A stretch of DNA of 18,780 bases from Candidatus Methylomirabilia bacterium (GTDB lineage Bacteria > Methylomirabilota > Methylomirabilia > Rokubacteriales > CSP1-6): positions 1 through 18,780 of the forward strand of contig JBGQHJ010000098.1 of assembly GCA_041497895.1 (NCBI GenBank), given 5' to 3'. Of the stretch, positions 14,551-18,780 are shown piece by piece. Under the pieces are notes generated by a model. It searched no databases. It was not told the DNA's origin and saw only the letters and a program-made list of their open reading frames with translations. Made by a program: the position numbers and the translations under genes. How positions within the stretch are numbered: the first letter of the stretch is position 1; every line of letters starts with the position of its first letter.

Positions 14551-15858
14551 ATGCGGGCCCGCGGGTTGTTCGTCGTTCTCGGAGGCCTGCTCGCGCTCAG
14601 TCTCGCTTCACGCTTGCCCGCCACATCCGAGCAATCCGCGTCGGATCTCGATCGTGCCAACGGGGTGACCTGGAGCAAGGACATCGCCCCCGTGTTCCAG
14701 CAACATTGCCAGGGCTGCCATCGTCCCGGCGACATCGCGCCATTCCCTCTCCTGAGTTACCTGGATGCGTACCGTGAGCGGCAGAAGATCCTGCGCGTCG
14801 TCGAGCGGCGGAGGATGCCACCCTGGAAGCCCGTCCCGGGCTTCGGCGAGTTTCTGGATGCCCGTCGGCTCAGCGAGGCCGAGGTCGCCTCGATTCGCGA
14901 CTGGGTCACGGCGGGAGCACCGGAGGGAGACCCGCACGACCTCCCGCCGGCGCGACAGTGGCCCCAGACGTGGACCCTGGGGGCGCCCGACGCGGTCCTG
15001 GCGCCCGAACGCGCCTTCGAGGTGTCGTCGAGCGACCGCGATCTCTATCGTTGCTTCGTGATCCCGACCCGCTTCGCAGAGGACCGCTACCTCTCGGCGG
15101 TGGAGTTCGCGCCGGGGAATCGGCAGATCGTCCACCACGTCCTCACCTATCTCGACACCACCGGAGCCTCGGTGGCGCTCGACCAGGCGGATCCGGGCTT
15201 GGGCTACACGTGTTTCGGCGGCCCCGGCTTCGCGCCCACGGGCGGCATCGGCGGGTGGGCGCCGGGCGCCCGCCCGCAGATGGATCCCGACGGCGTGGGA
15301 GTGCTCCTGCCCGCCGGAGCCCGGGTGGTGATGCAGGTCCACTACCACAACCGCCGTGGCGGACCCGAGAGCGACCGCACCACGATCGGCCTCCACTTCG
15401 CGACGAAGCCGGTGAACAAGCGGGCGCGCTGGATACCCGTGCTCGACCGCACCTTCCTGATCCCGGCGGAGGCGTCCCGCCACGAGGTGCGCACCACCTA
15501 CATGATCCCGCCCGGCCGGGACCTGCACGCCATCGGGATTTCGCCCCACATGCACCTGCTCGGTCGCTCGATGAAGGTCACCGCGACCTCTCCCGATGGC
15601 ACCGTGCAGCCGCTGATCTACATCGACGACTGGGACTTCCACTGGCAGGGCACCTACACGTTCGCTCGGCCGGTGCCCCTACCGGGTGGCACCCGGATCG
15701 ACGTGGAGGCGGTCTACGACAACTCCTCGACGAACCGGCGCAACCCGAGCGGTCCCCCCCGCGACGTGAGGTGGGGCGAGGAGACCACCGACGAGATGTG
15801 CATCGCGTTCGTCCGGGTGACGGTGGATGCCGAGCAGCTCGGTTACCGCCCGCCGTGA
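14551..15858 (+). CDS. Secreted cytochrome c / copper type II (ascorbate-dependent, PHM/DBM-like) monooxygenase fusion
   Basis: Signal peptide; CQGCH heme motif with RMPPW (candidate axial Met); CuH-type VHHV and QVHYHN; CuM-type PHMHLLG and DEMC; WDFHWQ. Confidence 0.85.
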   Translation: MRARGLFVVLGGLLALSLASRLPATSEQSASDLDRANGVTWSKDIAPVFQQHCQGCHRPGDIAPFPLLSYLDAYRERQKILRVVERRRMPPWKPVPGFGEFLDARRLSEAEVASIRDWVTAGAPEGDPHDLPPARQWPQTWTLGAPDAVLAPERAFEVSSSDRDLYRCFVIPTRFAEDRYLSAVEFAPGNRQIVHHVLTYLDTTGASVALDQADPGLGYTCFGGPGFAPTGGIGGWAPGARPQMDPDGVGVLLPAGARVVMQVHYHNRRGGPESDRTTIGLHFATKPVNKRARWIPVLDRTFLIPAEASRHEVRTTYMIPPGRDLHAIGISPHMHLLGRSMKVTATSPDGTVQPLIYIDDWDFHWQGTYTFARPVPLPGGTRIDVEAVYDNSSTNRRNPSGPPRDVRWGEETTDEMCIAFVRVTVDAEQLGYRPP

Positions 15859-15889
15859 CGTGAGCGATAACCGTCGGAGGAGACCAGCC

Positions 15890-17098
15890 GTGGCGGCGGC
15901 GGCCATCGCGAGCACCGATCGAGCTGACCCGGATGCCGTTCGCGGACACTGCGAGCCGCGATTCGCGCGGGTCCGTGACGCCCTCGCGGAGATCATGGCC
16001 GCGGGCATCGAGGTTGGCGCCGCGCTCGCCGTCTGCGTGGACAAGGAGCCCGTCGTCGATCTGTGGGCCGGCCACACGGATGCGGCGCGGACGCGGTCGT
16101 GGGACCGCGACACCATCGTGAACCTCTTCTCCGTGGGGAAGGCGATCACGGCTCTCTGCGCCCTCCGCCTGGTCGAGGCGGGCCTACTCGACCTCGACGC
16201 ACCCGTCGCGCGCTACTGGCCCGAGTTCGCCCAGGCGGGCAAAGGCCGGCTGCCGGTGCGCTATCTCCTCACGCACCAGGCGGGGCTCGCCGCCATCGCC
16301 CGCCCCCTGCCGGCGGAGGCGTGGAGCCAGTGGGACGTCATCACGGGCGCCCTCGCCTCGCAGGCTCCATGGTGGGAGCCGGGCTCGGCCCACGGCTATC
16401 ACGTGAACACGCAGGGCTTCCTGATCGGCGAGGTCGTCCGCCGCGTCACGGGGAAGTCGCTCGGGACCTTTCTGCTCGAGAGTCTCGCCGCGCCCGCCGG
16501 CATCGACTTCTTCATCGGCTGCGGCCCGGCGCTTGACGGACGCTGCGCAGACTACCTCCCGCCCCCGCCTACTCCCGAGCGCGACGAGTTCGAGCGGCGG
16601 CTCAACGTCGACCCGACGACCCTCAGCGGCCCGGCCCTCATGCGGATCAACGCGTACCGGAACCCATCGAATTTCTCCGGCATGGCCATCGTGAACACCC
16701 GGGCGTGGCGGGCGGCGGAGGTGCCGTCGACCAACGGGCACGGCAACGCCCGCGCGGTGGCACGAGTCTACTCCGCCCTGGCCGGCGACGGCGAGCTGCA
16801 CGGCGTGCACGTGCTCGCCCCGGCGACGGTGGCCCTCGCGATCGAGGAGCAGGTGAACGGGGTGGACATCGTGCTGGAACGCCCCACCCGCTACGGACTC
16901 GGCTTCCAGCTCACCATGCCCGAGCGACGCCTCGGCCCCGGCCCGCGCGCCTTCGGGCATTTCGGCGCCGGCGGCTCGCTCGGGTTCGCCGATCCCGACG
17001 CGCGGGTCGCCATCGGCTACGCCATGAATCAGGGCCGCCCAGGGTGGCAACACAAGCACGTGCGCCGCCTGATCGACCTGGTGTACACCGCGCTGTAG
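15890..17098 (+). CDS. Serine hydrolase, beta-lactamase-related (family VIII esterase-like)
   Basis: FSVGK (SxxK), LDLDAPVARYWPEF, LLTHQAGL, WEPGSAHGYH and FGHFGAGGS. GTG15890 preceded by GGAGGAG. No signal peptide. Confidence 0.9.
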   Translation: MAAAAIASTDRADPDAVRGHCEPRFARVRDALAEIMAAGIEVGAALAVCVDKEPVVDLWAGHTDAARTRSWDRDTIVNLFSVGKAITALCALRLVEAGLLDLDAPVARYWPEFAQAGKGRLPVRYLLTHQAGLAAIARPLPAEAWSQWDVITGALASQAPWWEPGSAHGYHVNTQGFLIGEVVRRVTGKSLGTFLLESLAAPAGIDFFIGCGPALDGRCADYLPPPPTPERDEFERRLNVDPTTLSGPALMRINAYRNPSNFSGMAIVNTRAWRAAEVPSTNGHGNARAVARVYSALAGDGELHGVHVLAPATVALAIEEQVNGVDIVLERPTRYGLGFQLTMPERRLGPGPRAFGHFGAGGSLGFADPDARVAIGYAMNQGRPGWQHKHVRRLIDLVYTAL

Positions 17099-17117
17099 TC
17101 AAAAGGAGGGTGGAGAG

Positions 17118-17594
17118 ATGGCGCTTCGCGTGCGACGGGTGATCACGGGCCACGACGCGGCCGGGCGAGCCATCGTCCAGGTCGACGAGGTGGCGCAGCA
17201 CACGTTCGTCGGCCGACCGGGTGCAACGGCCTGTAACGTCTGGACCACCGAGGGCTTCCCCGCGAACAACGACGGCTCTGCCGACGCGGGCCTGCGCAAG
17301 ACCGGCCTGACGCTGCCGAACGGCACCATCTTCCGCGTCATCGAGTTCGCGCCGGGCGTCGCCGCGCGCAACCACCGGACCTCATCGGTCGACTACATCG
17401 TCGTCATATCCGGCGAGATCGACATGGAGCTGGACGGGTCGAACGTCCACCTCAAGGCGGGCGACGTCATGGTGCAGCGGGGTACCATCCACAACTGGGT
17501 CAATCAGGGAACCGCGCCGTGCGTGCTGGCGGTCGTTCTCATCGACGCCAAGCCGGTCGAGGCCGGTGGCAAGGTCCTCGACCCCGTCGGATAG
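17118..17594 (+). CDS. Cupin domain-containing protein
   Basis: VRRVITGHDAAGRA, HRTSSVDYIVVISGEI and GDVMVQRGTIHNW.N. AGGAGG SD. Confidence 0.9.
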   Translation: MALRVRRVITGHDAAGRAIVQVDEVAQHTFVGRPGATACNVWTTEGFPANNDGSADAGLRKTGLTLPNGTIFRVIEFAPGVAARNHRTSSVDYIVVISGEIDMELDGSNVHLKAGDVMVQRGTIHNWVNQGTAPCVLAVVLIDAKPVEAGGKVLDPVG

Positions 17595-17595
17595 G

Positions 17596-17632
17596 CGTCG
17601 GGGCCCGCCGCGAAGATGGCGCGAGCTCGACG
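17596..17632. terminator. Possible hairpin between the convergent cupin and PAC2 genes
   Basis: CGTCGGG.. pairs with ..CTCGACG (one G-U pair), with an inner CGCC/GGCG stem. It fills most of the 40-bp gap; no U-tract. Confidence 0.25.
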
Positions 17633-17634
17633 TG

Positions 17635-18540
17635 CTAGGCGCCCGTCCCGCCCGGGCCACCCTCCCCCTGCTTGCGCAGGAAGTCCTCGACCTCTCGCAT
17701 CAGCCGCTCCGAGTCGAGCTCTCCGCCGGGCAGCGGTTGCTGCTCCTCGCCCGCCGCCGCGTCGTACTCCTGCTCCAGCTTCCGCACGTGCTCCCGGGTG
17801 GCGCGGTCCCGAGCCACCGCTTGATCACATTGCGCGCGGAATTCCTCGATGTCCTCGGCGAACCTGGACATGTCCGGGCTCAGGTCGAGCAGACGGGCTA
17901 CATAGGTCACCAGCGCTTCGATCGCCGCCGGATTCTTGGAATCGGGCAGATAGTGCGGCGCCTGTCCCATGAAGCCGACGTGCTGCATTCCCCGTCGCTC
18001 CGCCGCGTCCAGGACCACCGTGGAGATACCGGTCGGGCCTTCGTAGGTCGGAGGCCGATAGATGCCCCAGGCCTCGAGCAATGACTTCGCGGCGGGGTCG
18101 GTGCACCGGGCCGTCACACGCACCGGCCGGGTGTGAGGAGCGCCGGCCAAGAGGGCCCCGAGCGAGACGATCCGCCTCACCCCGCAGCGCTCGGCCACGC
18201 CGAGCAACGCCTTCGTGTAGGTTTGCCACCTCTGATGGGGCTCCGGGCCGCGAAAGAGGAGGAGGCCGTCCCGTCCATCTGGCTGCCACGCGAAGAACTC
18301 GCTTCGTGGCCAGTGGATGTCGCGCCCCCCGTCGGGCCTCAACCGCACCTCGGGCCGCTCCTGGGTGAACACGAAGAACTCTTCCGGGTTTATCCGCGCC
18401 AACCGCGCGGCCCTGAGGTCGCGGACCAGGTGGCGCAACGCGCCCGTGGCGGCCCGGCCGGCATCGATCCATCCCCCGAACGCCATGACCATCGTCGTCA
18501 AGTTGTCGGGCGGCTCGCGGTCGAACTCTACGTGGTCCAT
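17635..18540 (-). CDS. PAC2 (proteasome assembly chaperone 2) family protein
   Basis: AFGGWIDAGRAAT, EEFFVFTQERP, GPEPHQRWQ, LGALLAGAPHTRP, YEGPTGI, QAPHYL and VRKLEQEYD. ATG at 18540 follows GAGAGGA; 18546 is an alternative start. Confidence 0.88.
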   Translation of the reverse strand: MDHVEFDREPPDNLTTMVMAFGGWIDAGRAATGALRHLVRDLRAARLARINPEEFFVFTQERPEVRLRPDGGRDIHWPRSEFFAWQPDGRDGLLLFRGPEPHQRWQTYTKALLGVAERCGVRRIVSLGALLAGAPHTRPVRVTARCTDPAAKSLLEAWGIYRPPTYEGPTGISTVVLDAAERRGMQHVGFMGQAPHYLPDSKNPAAIEALVTYVARLLDLSPDMSRFAEDIEEFRAQCDQAVARDRATREHVRKLEQEYDAAAGEEQQPLPGGELDSERLMREVEDFLRKQGEGGPGGTGA

Positions 18541-18558
18541 GCGCATCCTCTCGGCAGC

Positions 18559-18587
18559 ATGATAGCGGGGCCGTGGAGGGCGCACAA
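18559..18587 (-). promoter_or_regulatory. Putative sigma70-type promoter for the PAC2 gene
   Basis: Minus strand reads TTGTGC, 17 bp spacer, TATCAT. Confidence 0.5.
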
Positions 18588-18611
18588 GATCGTGCGCATC
18601 ATCGGCGATCC

Positions 18612-18640
18612 TTGACCCCCACCGCGCTTCCGGTTAAGGT
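18612..18640 (+). promoter_or_regulatory. Putative sigma70-type promoter for the zinc-ribbon gene
   Basis: TTGACC (18612-18617), 17 bp spacer, TAAGGT (18635-18640). Confidence 0.5.
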
Positions 18641-18700
18641 CGGCCTACTCGTTCCACGCAGAAACGCCCGCCCGGCTACCCGAATCGGAGGCGACTCGCC

Positions 18701-18780
18701 ATGAAGCGTCCCCGGTGCCAGGCTGACAACACCGTGGACGCGCGATTCTGCGAGGATTGTGGTGGCCGCCTCACCCTCAC
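18701..18780 (+). CDS. 5' end of a zinc-ribbon (DZR-like) domain protein, truncated by the window edge
   Basis: Not in the ORF track. GGAGG at 18687-18691, then MKRPRCQADNTVDARFCEDCGGRLTL, matching the CPxC..N...ARFC..CG pattern often found N-terminal to class III cyclase/AAA/TPR proteins. Confidence 0.75.
   Translation, partial: MKRPRCQADNTVDARFCEDCGGRLTL

Noticed and set aside
15890..17098. Possible beta-lactam resistance gene
   Set aside because: No signal peptide. The motif pattern (LLTHQAGL, HGYH, GHFGAGG) fits cytoplasmic family VIII esterase-like hydrolases rather than AmpC.

Overview
Very GC-rich (by eye about 70%), gene-dense bacterial chromosomal segment with 20 complete CDSs and a partial CDS at each end. 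I found no rRNA, tRNA, CRISPR array, transposase or integrase. The left part holds redox and lipid-type enzymes: two luciferase-like (LLM) oxidoreductases, a Zn-dependent MDR dehydrogenase, NIPSNAP, a HadA/HadB-like MaoC dehydratase pair, a membrane class III nucleotide cyclase and YaeQ. The centre holds the most interesting element, a tightly packed run with 2-13 bp gaps: GT2 glycosyltransferase, stand-alone adenylate-forming ligase, carrier protein, GNAT-fold transferase and lipoprotein phospholipase D. It looks like a carrier-protein-dependent glycan or glycolipid acylation module. The right part holds a Tat-signal F420_oxidored-family Rossmann enzyme, EVE, an orphan secreted protein, a c-heme/copper type II monooxygenase fusion, a serine hydrolase, a cupin, a PAC2-family protein and the start of a zinc-ribbon protein. 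The gene content resembles soil Candidatus Rokubacteria (Methylomirabilota); this is inference only. All family calls come from motif recognition by eye, and no database search was run.
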